Origin: an uncultured delta proteobacterium
GTDB lineage: Bacteria > Desulfobacterota > WTBG01 > CAIYCZ01
Direction of reading: 5' to 3'
Assembly (NCBI GenBank): GCA_963803975.1
Contig: CAWDOY010000010.1
Coordinates: 1 to 21,114, forward strand
DNA length: 21,114 nucleotides
The notes under the pieces are model-generated. The model did no database searches, had not been told where the DNA came from, and saw only the letters and a program-made list of their open reading frames with translations. Shown in pieces: positions 8,328-17,626 of the stretch. How positions within the stretch are numbered: the stretch's first letter is position 1; each line of letters starts with the position of its first letter. A program made the position numbers and the translations under genes.

Positions 8328-9919
8328 CTAATTCTTATGTATCGTGATACCGGTCCACTTCTCCATCACGGCAAGAGGTACAACCGTATAGTTTTTCACC
8401 CAGGGCTGATAGATGGAGCAGTTGGCTTTATGCCAGCCAAAAACCCAGGGAGCCTCCTGCACCACCAGCTGCTCAATTTCACGGTACAGCGCGCGCGCCT
8501 GCTTATCATCCATGACGCTCACTGCCCGCACCAGCAGCTCATCTATCCGGGAATCTTTAAACCTGCTGCGATTGCCGCCAATTCCCCAGTTTCCGGAATA
8601 GAAGAGCGGGAACAGAAAGTTTTCTGCATCCGGATAATCCGCCCACCAGGAGAGCCAGAATGCCTGCGCTTCTCCGCGCGCCACCGCATTTTTAAAAGAG
8701 CTCCACTCAAGCTGCACAATGCGGGCATCAATCCCCGCATCCTGAGATTGCTCTGCAGCGCCTGCGTTATATCAAGCGTCTCCTCGTCCGCGTTCTGATA
8801 TATGGTCATTGACAGCCCCGTGCCATATCCTGCCTGCTTGAGCAATGCGCGTGCTCTGGCCGGGTCATAGGAATATCCCGCAGGGGCAGGGCCGGTCCTG
8901 AGAAGCGGCGGCAGCGGGCCGGAGGCAACGCGTCCCCGGCCATCAAGAAGGCGTGCTACTATGGCTTCCCGGTCAATGGCATAATTTAAGGCTCTGCGTA
9001 TGAGCGGGTTGTTAAATGGTACGGCCTGACAGTTTAGTCCCAGGTAATAGATATTCAGTCCCGGCGCCACAATAACAGAAGACTTCCATTGGGGGTCCTC
9101 TGCATACTGCTTGAAAGCTGCCGGCGGAATTTCCAGCATCACGTCTATATTTCCGTTTTCAAACTCGGTAAGGGCGGTAAAATCTTCCGGCACAATTCTA
9201 TAGATAAGACCACCAATCCGGGGTGCGCCTGCGAAGTAGCGGTCATTTGCCGTAAGCTGTAAAAATTGATTATGCTCCCAGCGCTCTAAGATATACGGGC
9301 CCGTTCCTGTGCCATGAAACGAAAAGTCTGCCCCCCAGCGTTCAACCTCTTCCTGCGGTACTACATAGGCAGTGGTGAGGCCCAGGAGCTTGATAAACGG
9401 CGCAAACGGCTTTTCAAGCTCGATCTTAAGCACATAGGGATCAATGACCTCGATGCCGGCAACTGTCGCTGACTTCCCGGCCATAAAACTGCCTGCCCCG
9501 TGTATGCGCGAGAGCACCCAGGTGCGCGGGGACCTGGTTTTGGGGTTAAGAACCCGTTCAAATGAATATCTAAAATCCCGGGCCGTTACCTCCCTGCCAT
9601 TAAAAAAACGCACACCTTTCCTGAGCCTGAACAGATATACCAATCCATCAGAAGAGACTGACCAGGACTGGGCTATGTCAGGCGCCGGGGCCAGGTCATC
9701 GTTGAAACAGACCAGCCCGTTGTAGAGCTTGGCTGCAATTTGAGCGCCGTAGACATCAACTATCAGGGCCGGGTCGACCGTGGTAGGGCTTGCTTTGAGG
9801 CGCACATAGAGGAAGTTGGGAATTCTGGGCGAAGTGACATTGGTGCAGCTGACCAGCAGCATTAACCAGAACGCGCTTAAACACGCTAAAAAAGTTAAGC
9901 GGAGGGTACAGCGTCTCAT
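8328..9919 (-). CDS. ABC transporter substrate-binding lipoprotein (family 5, DppA/OppA-like), 1-nt frameshift near 8744
   Basis: Lipobox LVSC, LYNGLV, PDIAQSWSVSSDGLVYLFRLRKGVRF, GTGPY, RRALNYAIDR. After QSNL the alternative frame continues DAGIDARIVQLEW...WWADYPDAENFL to TAG 8328. Confidence 0.9.
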
Positions 9920-11431
9920 TCAGGGCCTGTAGTGTTTCTTCAGCTCCTGCTTCATTATTTTCTGTGCCGCATTTCTGGGCAGCTCCGGAGTGAATGTCAC
10001 CACACGAGGACATTTAAAACCGGCGAGCCGCTCGCGGCAAAAGTCCATGAGGAGCTGTGCAGTACATGATGCGTTCTTCTCGGGAACCACAATTGCTACC
10101 ACTTTTTCACCCCACAGCGCATCCTCCACGCCGATTACCGCAGCCTCTTTTACGGCAGGGTGCTGCATAAGGACTGCTTCCACTTCATCCGGATAGATGT
10201 TTACTCCGCCGCTTATAATAATATCTTTATTGCGGCCGGCAAGGTAGATGAAACCGTCTTCATCAATCCAGCCTGCGTCTCCGGTGTGGAGCCAGCCGTT
10301 GCGCAACACCCGGGCAGTTGCCTGAGGAGCCTTATAGTATCCCTGCATAATGTTTGGACCGCGGCAGAGAATCTCTCCCACCTGTCCCGGGGGAAGTGTT
10401 TGATCATCTGCGCCTGCTGCCCGCACCTCTACGCTGAGCATGGGCCTGCCGACGCTTTCAGCCTTTCGATAAAAATCTGCCGGGGTGAGAATTGCAACAC
10501 CCGGGCTTGCCTCCGTGAGGCCGTAGAGATCAAAAAAGCCTGCCGCGGGAAACAGTTTTTTAAGGCTGCCCTTTGTCTCTGCGCTCATCGGCGCTGCACC
10601 GGTGACCGCCCGTTTAACCGAGCGGGTGTCCCATGTGCCTTCGCTCCACACATCAAGCATCATCCGGTACATGGTCGGCGCCTGGGTTATGGAGGTTACC
10701 TGTTCCTGCTCAATTATGGCGAGGCACTCGGCAGGGCTGAACTTTCGGACCATAATTGCGGTCATAGCGTTGAATACATAGGTAAAAATTCTGCCAAAAG
10801 TTGAAGTATGAAACAGGGGCGTTGGCGCCAGCTCGATATCCTGCGGGCTGAACGCTAGCGCTGCAGAATAATTGAAGGTATTCCAGATTAAATTTCCATG
10901 GGTGAGCAGCACCCCCTTTGGCTCATCAGTGGTGCCGGCGGTATATATAATTGCAGCGGGGTCTTGTTCAGAGACCGCCGGCAGTACTCGTCTGCGCATG
11001 AGCGCGGGCTGAAAAAGCTCTTCATATGCTGCCGAGGCCGGCGGGTGCTTGCCGTTGATAGCAATAACCTGCTCCAGCTCCTGTGCTGCCGGGATAACCA
11101 GTTCCAGTAATGCTGCCTCACAGAAAAGAATCTTTGCCTCTGAATGCTCTAATAAAACTTTCAAATCCTTTTTTGTTAAGCGGTAATTCAGGGGGACTGC
11201 GACAGCCCCGATCTGCATCAAAGCAAAAAGTATTTCCACATACTCGATGCTGTTGGAAGAAAGAATGGCAACCTGCGTGCCCCTGGCGACACCCAGGCGC
11301 AGCAGGCCGGCGGACAGTTCATCAGCCCGGCGCTTCAGCGCGCCGTAGGTAATGGTCCTTCTTTCGCAGATCACTGCCCGCTTCTCAGGGTAGCGGGCAG
11401 CTGCCATGTCAAGAAAGTGTGCAAGGTTCAT
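9920..11431 (-). CDS. AMP-dependent acyl-CoA synthetase (long-chain fatty acid-CoA ligase / MenE-like)
   Basis: YTAGTTDEPKG loop, YGLTEAS, GWLHTGD, KDIIISGGVNIYPDEVE, C-terminal catalytic K in PRNAAQK. Confidence 0.92.
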   Translation of the reverse strand: MNLAHFLDMAAARYPEKRAVICERRTITYGALKRRADELSAGLLRLGVARGTQVAILSSNSIEYVEILFALMQIGAVAVPLNYRLTKKDLKVLLEHSEAKILFCEAALLELVIPAAQELEQVIAINGKHPPASAAYEELFQPALMRRRVLPAVSEQDPAAIIYTAGTTDEPKGVLLTHGNLIWNTFNYSAALAFSPQDIELAPTPLFHTSTFGRIFTYVFNAMTAIMVRKFSPAECLAIIEQEQVTSITQAPTMYRMMLDVWSEGTWDTRSVKRAVTGAAPMSAETKGSLKKLFPAAGFFDLYGLTEASPGVAILTPADFYRKAESVGRPMLSVEVRAAGADDQTLPPGQVGEILCRGPNIMQGYYKAPQATARVLRNGWLHTGDAGWIDEDGFIYLAGRNKDIIISGGVNIYPDEVEAVLMQHPAVKEAAVIGVEDALWGEKVVAIVVPEKNASCTAQLLMDFCRERLAGFKCPRVVTFTPELPRNAAQKIMKQELKKHYRP

Positions 11432-12260
11432 GGAATGTTACTGGTAGTTTTCCGGGAGCTTCAGTATCCGCTCTCCCTTCGTCCTTTCTGCCCCGCTTCA
11501 GGCAGCCGCTGCCATAGATGCGGCACTTTTTTTTAAGCTCATAAAGCGCCTGCTGTTGCTGCGCGGGCTGCAGTATGCCGCTCTCAAGGATTTTGCAGAG
11601 AGCCCGAATCCGGTACTGGTCAAGATGCGGGATTGTTTTTGACTGCTGGTCAACGTGGCCGCCCCGCTTTATGATGAGCGGCGTTTCAATCAGGTAGATG
11701 GGGTAGCGCGCTGCAATGCGCAGCCACAGGTCATAGTCTTCGCAGGCTAAAAATGTTTCATCAAAAAGCCCGACCCTGTCAAAAACGCTGCGCTCGATCA
11801 TTACCGAAGAAGGACTGACAATACACAGGGGCAGGCACTGCTCAAAAATCCATCCGGAATATTTTTTGTGCTTCTGCATGGGATTGACCCGCACCCCGTT
11901 TCGTATCCAGATCTCCTCGGTCTGGCAGACGCGGGCTTCGGGGTGGTCCTGGAAAAAAAGCATCTGCGCGCGCAGCTTGTCAGGGAGCCAGACGTCATCA
12001 GAGTCAAGAAAGGCAATGTACTCACCGCGGGCAGCAGCAATGCCGCAGTTGCGTGCTGCGCTGGGGCCTCCATGGCCGGTATGCAGCACCGATAGTTTGG
12101 CGCCATACTGCAGCAGCAGTTCCCCGGTGGCATCTGTTGAGCCATCATCCACCACGATAAGCTCAAACTGCTTATAGGTCTGGCTCAGTACTGACTCGAT
12201 GGCTTCCTTGAGCCAGGCAGCCCGGTTATATGTCGGAATGATAACGCTTACCAGCTCCAT
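11409..12260 (-). CDS. family 2 glycosyltransferase
   Basis: VSVIIPTYNR, VVDDGSTD, SAARNCG, AFLDSDD, EDYDLWLR. The true stop may be 11438 if one extra base near 11476 is an error (tail EGERILKLPENYQ*). Confidence 0.93.
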   Translation of the reverse strand: MELVSVIIPTYNRAAWLKEAIESVLSQTYKQFELIVVDDGSTDATGELLLQYGAKLSVLHTGHGGPSAARNCGIAAARGEYIAFLDSDDVWLPDKLRAQMLFFQDHPEARVCQTEEIWIRNGVRVNPMQKHKKYSGWIFEQCLPLCIVSPSSVMIERSVFDRVGLFDETFLACEDYDLWLRIAARYPIYLIETPLIIKRGGHVDQQSKTIPHLDQYRIRALCKILESGILQPAQQQQALYELKKKCRIYGSGCLKRGRKDEGRADTEAPGKLPVTFHEPCTLS

Positions 12261-12392
12261 AGGTCAAGCAGCATCCAGTGCAGATTTAAAAACCTTGACA
12301 GAGAAACGTATTTTGATTTAGTTGAACTGCCGCGTGCATAACGCGCATATCTTCTGGACAGCAAAATAACATAAAAAGAGGAGAATCAGAAC

Positions 12393-12731
12393 ATGAGATT
12401 TTTAAAATTGCTCACGCTTTTTTTAGCTATTCCCTGCGCTCTACTGCTTGCCGCCCTGCCGGTTCATGCCCAGGAGCAGGCAGCCCTGCAGAAGGCGGCC
12501 CCGGCCCTGGAGGGCATGGTAAATATCAATGCAGCCGGCGCTGAAGAGCTGCGCCTGCTGCCCGGCGTTGATAAGAAAACAGCTGAAGCAATTGTTTCCT
12601 TTCGCGCCAAGAACGGCAATTTCAAGACAGCTGATGACCTGGGGAAGGTGAGCGGAATCGGTCCTAAAAGGCTGGAAAAAATTAAACAGTATCTGGCGCT
12701 TGAGGGTGAGACAACGCTGAAAAAGAAATAG
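12393..12731 (+). CDS. ComEA-family helix-hairpin-helix DNA-binding protein with signal peptide
   Basis: Signal peptide ending VHA, VNINAAGAEELRLLPGV..TAEAIVSFR..NGNFKTADDLGKVSGIGPK, RBS GAGGAG. Confidence 0.9.
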   Translation: MRFLKLLTLFLAIPCALLLAALPVHAQEQAALQKAAPALEGMVNINAAGAEELRLLPGVDKKTAEAIVSFRAKNGNFKTADDLGKVSGIGPKRLEKIKQYLALEGETTLKKK

Positions 12732-12884
12732 CAGGCTGTTGAAAATCACCCATCTGCTTCGTTGCGCTCATCCTTCGTCATTACGACGTACGGTGAACGT
12801 ACACCTCATTCTTCTTGATTTCGCGCGCCTTGCTTTTGGATATTTTTGACCAGCCTGGGAGAAAACTGCTTTTTCAACAACCTG
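12732..12884. mobile_element. MITE-like non-autonomous repeat, copy 2
   Basis: CAGGCTGTTGAAAA...TTTTCAACAACCTG, same orientation as and near-identical to 8176-8327. Confidence 0.85.
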
Positions 12885-12901
12885 ATAGGAATGCAGTAAA
12901 T

Positions 12902-12932
12902 AAAAAAAGCGGGGCGTGACCCCGCTTTTTTT
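12902..12932. terminator. bidirectional intrinsic terminator between convergent comEA-like gene and dut
   Basis: A7-GCGGGG-CGTGA-CCCCGC-T7. Confidence 0.9.
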
Positions 12933-13383
12933 ATTTCCCGGTATGTCCAAACCCGCCGTCATTGCGCTCCGATGGCGGCAGCTCATCAACAGCTACCCAC
13001 TCGCCGCAGGCAACCCTCTGGATTACCATCTGGGCGATCCGGTCTCCCCGTTTCACAATAAACGGCTGCTCGCCAAAATTTGCCACAATCACCTTGATTT
13101 CACCCCGGTAGTCCGCGTCAATGGTGCCGGGAGCGTTGAGCAGGCCGATGCCGTGGTTTATTGCCAGCCCGCTCCGGGGCCGCACCTGCGCCTCAAAACC
13201 CGGCGGCAGCGCGATACAGATGCCGGTGGGGATCAGCTTCCGCTGGCCCGGTGCAATTACCGTATCCGCTTCAACCGCAGCTACCAGGTCCATGCCGGCA
13301 GCATGCGGTGTCATATACTGCGGGAAGGGAAGGTTCTCCCCGTGAGGCAAACGCTTTATCTCTATGGTTACTTTTTCTACCAC
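12931..13383 (-). CDS. dut: dUTP diphosphatase
   Basis: All five dUTPase motifs: [37 protein letters not shown]. Confidence 0.97.
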   Translation of the reverse strand: MVEKVTIEIKRLPHGENLPFPQYMTPHAAGMDLVAAVEADTVIAPGQRKLIPTGICIALPPGFEAQVRPRSGLAINHGIGLLNAPGTIDADYRGEIKVIVANFGEQPFIVKRGDRIAQMVIQRVACGEWVAVDELPPSERNDGGFGHTGK

Positions 13384-13425
13384 GAAAAACTCCTATGCAA
13401 GCCGGACATGACTGGCTGTCAGCCT

Positions 13426-14508
13426 TCAGCTATCGCCGTCAGAACTCTTGAACACAAAAATCCTCTCTTGAAACTCTATGTTTCTAACTTTTAACAGAAT
13501 CAAGCCGGAACACGGCCGCAGCTCCCCGACCTGTTCTTTTCTATGGTTAAGAATGGCCGGGTGATGATAGTTTTTCAATTGCGCAAGCGCGGAAGTTGAG
13601 AGCGCTCCCAGCTGCTGTAATAGTTCGATAACCGCCGGGCCGAGCGCGCGCTGGTTGCCGTCATCTATTTTAAGCGCTGCTCCCCAGCCTTTATCAAAGA
13701 GCGTCAGGGCATAGCCGCCCTCTGCGCCGGTTTTGGCAAAAACGCTCTTTCCCGCTATCCGCATAATATCAGTACATATCCGCTCATCACCGGCAACCAT
13801 CTCCGGGTGGGAACAGGCGGCAGTCATAAGTTTTTTGACCGCCTTCTGCAATGGGCTCAGCTGCGATTCTTTCAGATGGAACGGCTCGGCAAGCCGGGCA
13901 TAGGCACGGGCAAGATTTTTCAGCGGCACATAAAAGACCGGCACCCCGCAGCCGTCAACTGCCGTGTGGACCAGCTCTTTTTCAACACCGGTCATCTCGA
14001 TAATGGTAGAGAGGATGAGCTGCTGCACCGGGTGCTCCAGGGGCAGGTAGTTAGCCGTGTCCCAGCCATGGTGCACGCACAGCGCAAGCATGGCAGCATG
14101 CTTGCCAGCACAGTTATTGTGCACGGGGCCGGGCTTGATGCCTTTCTGCTGCAGCTCCTTTGCCGTCCCGCGATGGGTCGGGGGATGGGTGCCGCACAGA
14201 AGCGCATCATCTGTCAGCCCGATTTTTTGCAGCACGCTGCGCACTGCTTCAACGTGGAACACCTGGCCGCTTACTGACCCGCAAAAAAGGGCCAGCTCCT
14301 GCTCCGTGAATTTAAAGCGCTCGGCCGCGCCTGACACGATGACCGGCAGTGCCTGCAGCGGCTTTGCACAGGAGCGCATGGATATCTCAAAGGCAGGGTC
14401 CCCTGCCTGATATATACTATCGCCGGCTGCATTGACGACCGCAATGCTGCCGCGATGCAGGCTCTCTACTCTATTGCCGCGCAGCACTTCAACGAGAACT
14501 TCGGACAA
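13426..14508 (-). CDS. L-asparaginase II (Rhizobium etli AnsA-type) family protein
   Basis: VESLHRG, RSCAKPLQ, HNNCAGKH, DGCGVP, AKTGAEG, LKIDDG. AGGAGG favours TTG 14508. The probable true stop is 13484 (ELRPVFRLDSVKS*) if one base is missing near 13513. Confidence 0.88.
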   Translation of the reverse strand: MSEVLVEVLRGNRVESLHRGSIAVVNAAGDSIYQAGDPAFEISMRSCAKPLQALPVIVSGAAERFKFTEQELALFCGSVSGQVFHVEAVRSVLQKIGLTDDALLCGTHPPTHRGTAKELQQKGIKPGPVHNNCAGKHAAMLALCVHHGWDTANYLPLEHPVQQLILSTIIEMTGVEKELVHTAVDGCGVPVFYVPLKNLARAYARLAEPFHLKESQLSPLQKAVKKLMTAACSHPEMVAGDERICTDIMRIAGKSVFAKTGAEGGYALTLFDKGWGAALKIDDGNQRALGPAVIELLQQLGALSTSALAQLKNYHHPAILNHRKEQVGELRPCSGLILLKVRNIEFQERIFVFKSSDGDS

Positions 14509-14630
14509 GACAGTTTCCTCCTGATGATACAATCAGATGATTACCATATAGCTTAAGCGTGGGTTTTATCACGTAGCCGGCTGGTATGACAATCTGAAAG
14601 ACTGTGCAGGAAATAGCGGGATAAGGGATG

Positions 14631-15227
14631 TCAGCGGGCAGCCTGAAAATCGCCAAAAAACTTCAGGACCCTTTTGACATAGGTGCGCGTCTCTTCAAAC
14701 GGGGGAATGCTGTTATTATATTTTATCACGGCATTTTCGCCGGCATTATAGGCTGCCAGCGCCAGGTGAAGGTTGCCCTGGAACTGGTCCAGCAGCTTGC
14801 GCAGATAGCGGATGCCGCCCTCCATGTTCTGGGTTGGATGGAAGGGGTTGCTTACCGCCATATCACGGGCAGTGTCCGGCATGAGCTGCATGAGCCCCTG
14901 GGCGCCTTTTCTTGAAACAGCGTCGGCATCAAAGTCGGATTCCGCCTTTATGACCGCCTTTACCAACGATTCATCCATGTCATATTTTTTGCATAAGAGG
15001 GATATGATCGGCCCGTACTCCCGTCCGTCAGATTTAGACCTGGTGGGCGCCCGCAGCGTTTCCCGGAGGATGCGGGTATAGCTGCTGCTGTTTGGTGCAT
15101 TGGTAAAGTGAACCGTACCGTGGCTGTCAGTATATTTATATATATCTGCGCTGCAGAAACCGGGATACAGGCAGAACAGCGCGCCGATAAAACAATGCAG
15201 TACATATGAGCTGACACAGTTTTTCAT
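14631..15227 (-). CDS. SLT-domain lytic transglycosylase with N-terminal DUF4124-like domain
   Basis: Signal peptide, ADIYKYTDSHGTVHFTN, AVIKAES, AVSRKGAQGLMQLMP, ALAAYNAG, PPFEETRTYV. Confidence 0.93.
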   Translation of the reverse strand: MKNCVSSYVLHCFIGALFCLYPGFCSADIYKYTDSHGTVHFTNAPNSSSYTRILRETLRAPTRSKSDGREYGPIISLLCKKYDMDESLVKAVIKAESDFDADAVSRKGAQGLMQLMPDTARDMAVSNPFHPTQNMEGGIRYLRKLLDQFQGNLHLALAAYNAGENAVIKYNNSIPPFEETRTYVKRVLKFFGDFQAAR

Positions 15228-16021
15228 TGGTCGCTCCTGTCCTTTGATAGCACGTCAATCATCTCCTGGTGGATTAACCCGTTAGTAGCCAGAATTTCCC
15301 TGCTGTCTAAAAAAAACGGGTTGCCGCTATAATCAGTGACCCTGCCCCCGGCCTCAATAACGATGAGGCTCCCGGCAGCCGTGTCCCACGGGTGCAGCTT
15401 AGGTTCCCAGAAACCGTCAAACCGGCCCATGGCAACATAACAGAGATCAAGGGCTGCAGAGCCATCGCGCCTGATTGCCCGGGCACGCTTGGCAAAGCGG
15501 CTGAAATGAAGCACATTATCGTCGGTGCTTTCCCGCACATCATAGGGGAACCCGGTGCTGAGAAAACCGCTGCCGAGATTGTCTGTTGCGGATACGGTCA
15601 GGGGCGTCTTGTTCAAGGTCGCGCCGTTGCCGGATTCTCCCGCAAACAGCTCATCACGCAGCGGGTCATATACCACGCCCCAGACGATCTTTCCCTTATC
15701 CTCAAGGGCCAGGGAGATGCAGAAAAAAGGATAGCCGTGGGCATAATTGGTCGTTCCATCCAGCGGGTCTATAATCCAGCGGCCTGTTCCGCGGCCCTTC
15801 TGCTCAGCGCTTTCTTCAGCCAGAATCCCGTAGTCCGGGAACTCCCGGCTGAGGATATCAATAATCAGAGCCTCTGAGCGCCGGTCCATCTCGGTGACCA
15901 GGTTGATGGCGCCCTTATAGGATATCTGCCGGGGCTTGCCAAATCCTTCTTTTAATATCTGACCGGCTTCCCGTACAGCCCGAAGGCCAATAGTTTTAAT
16001 GGTATCGCTAACTGCTATTAT
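15224..16021 (-). CDS. suhB: inositol monophosphatase family protein (SuhB); start upstream of the ORF-track ATG
   Basis: LVTEMD, AEE, WIIDPLDGTTNYAHG, RRDGSAALDLCYVA, PWDTAAG. The frame is open upstream (AVREAGQILKEGFG...YKGAINLVT) to TGA 16034-16036, with only ATA/ATT codons after GAAAGG. Confidence 0.9.
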   Translation of the reverse strand: MIAVSDTIKTIGLRAVREAGQILKEGFGKPRQISYKGAINLVTEMDRRSEALIIDILSREFPDYGILAEESAEQKGRGTGRWIIDPLDGTTNYAHGYPFFCISLALEDKGKIVWGVVYDPLRDELFAGESGNGATLNKTPLTVSATDNLGSGFLSTGFPYDVRESTDDNVLHFSRFAKRARAIRRDGSAALDLCYVAMGRFDGFWEPKLHPWDTAAGSLIVIEAGGRVTDYSGNPFFLDSREILATNGLIHQEMIDVLSKDRSDQ

Positions 16022-16358
16022 AATAAACCTTTCTCAGGTAGATACTTTTTCAGCTCATAGCATAATTTTTTTAATTACAAAAGCAATAATTATACCCTGA
16101 AAAAAAACAAGCATAAAAATTAAAGACTGTTGTTATTCAATAAGCTGTTTTTACATATTAATTATAATACTGTCGGTGCCTGAAATGAAATATTTACTAA
16201 AATCTATATCTTAACCAGGTAATACAAAATAACAATATCTGTTTTTTCTGTTCAACCCTGGAAACCGATTCTTTTCCTTTTGCAAAAGAAAGAAAAATCA
16301 CATTATATATATAGCCAAAATCTCTTCTCATTAATTTTTCCATACCAGCGGGAAGCCC

Positions 16359-17615
16359 ATGACAGAACTACCTGAAGTTCATGTGCTGTTTAACCGGTTT
16401 GCCATCGCCCTGGCGCTCGGCCTCTTCATCGGGTTTGAGCGCGAGATGGAAAAGGCCGGAACCTTTGCCGGAATACGCACCTTCCCCCTCATCAGCATGC
16501 TCGGCTGCATGGCTGCCCTGCTTCACGATCAGTCCGTGACCTGGGCGTTTCCGGTTATCCTGCTCATTCTTGCGGCATTTGTTCTTGCCGCCTACTTTTT
16601 TGTCGGCTCGGCAGCATCTCCGGGCATAACCACTGAGATCACCTCGCTGCTCGCGTTTCTCTTTGGCGCTCTGGTCTGGTGGCAGATGCCGGGGCTGGCT
16701 GCAGCGCTCGCGGTAGTCACGGTGCTGCTGCTGGCATCAAAGAAGCCGCTGGAAAATCTTGCCCACAAAATCGGGCAGCATGACCTCAATGCCGGGCTGC
16801 AGTTTGCCGTCATTACCCTGGTCATTCTGCCGGTTCTTCCGGACAGAACCTTCGGCCCACTGGATGTGATTAACTTCCATGATATATGGCTCTTTGTCAT
16901 CCTCATTGCCGGATTAAATCTCATCGGCTACATACTTATAAAAATACTCGGCTCACACCAGGGCATAGGGCTTTCGGGGCTGCTCGGCGGCATTGGCTCA
17001 AGCACCGCCCTTACCGTGAGCTTTTCCCGGCGCAGCAAGGCTGAAGCGCACCTCGGCGCTGACTTTGCGTTCGGGATAGTTCTTGCCTCATCGATCATGT
17101 TCATCCGGGTGCTGGTGCTGGTTTTTTCCATTAACCCGCACCTCGGCACGCGCCTCATCGCGCCGATAGCGGTTACCGCTATGGCAGGATTCCTGGGCTG
17201 CGCATACCTCTGGTTTTTCCGGTTGAAGGGTACGGGGGAAGGGGACGGGAAAGCTGCGCTGGAGATCAGCAATCCGCTGGAGCTGTGGCAGGCAATTAAG
17301 TTCGGTATCCTGTTCGGGGTGATTATTGTTATTGCACGGGCAGCAGAGTTTTTTTTCGGCACTGCCGGGGTATACGCATCAAGCGTCCTGACGGGCTTGA
17401 CGGATGTTGATGCCATTACCCTGTCACTTTCTAAATTAGAGCAGGGTTCCCTTGTTTCAAGCGTTGCTGCCCACGGCATTATCCTCGCAACGCTCGCCAA
17501 TACCGGGGTTAAAGCCCTGATCTCAGCAACCGGCGCACCCGGCCTGCGGCGCCAGGCCATTCCGATCTTTGCCGCCATGCTCGGAGCGGGCATCCTGGCT
17601 CTGCTCGTTATGTGA
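16359..17615 (+). CDS. MgtC/SapB family membrane protein with DUF4010 domain
   Basis: ALALGLFIGFERE, AGIRTFPL, GITTE, VILPVLPD, GGIGSSTA, NPLEL, GLTDVDAI; many transmembrane helices. Confidence 0.92.
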   Translation: MTELPEVHVLFNRFAIALALGLFIGFEREMEKAGTFAGIRTFPLISMLGCMAALLHDQSVTWAFPVILLILAAFVLAAYFFVGSAASPGITTEITSLLAFLFGALVWWQMPGLAAALAVVTVLLLASKKPLENLAHKIGQHDLNAGLQFAVITLVILPVLPDRTFGPLDVINFHDIWLFVILIAGLNLIGYILIKILGSHQGIGLSGLLGGIGSSTALTVSFSRRSKAEAHLGADFAFGIVLASSIMFIRVLVLVFSINPHLGTRLIAPIAVTAMAGFLGCAYLWFFRLKGTGEGDGKAALEISNPLELWQAIKFGILFGVIIVIARAAEFFFGTAGVYASSVLTGLTDVDAITLSLSKLEQGSLVSSVAAHGIILATLANTGVKALISATGAPGLRRQAIPIFAAMLGAGILALLVM

Positions 17616-17626
17616 CCGGAGCGCTG

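Noticed and set aside
8283..8798. 171-aa plus ORF
   Set aside because: Starts inside the MITE and is antisense to the binding-protein C-terminus.
10160..10804. 214-aa plus ORF
   Set aside because: Antisense to the acyl-CoA ligase.
12768..13494. ORFs 12768-12989 and 12916-13494
   Set aside because: They span the MITE and terminator or are antisense to dut.
16928..17593. 221-aa minus ORF
   Set aside because: Antisense shadow of the MgtC/DUF4010 gene.
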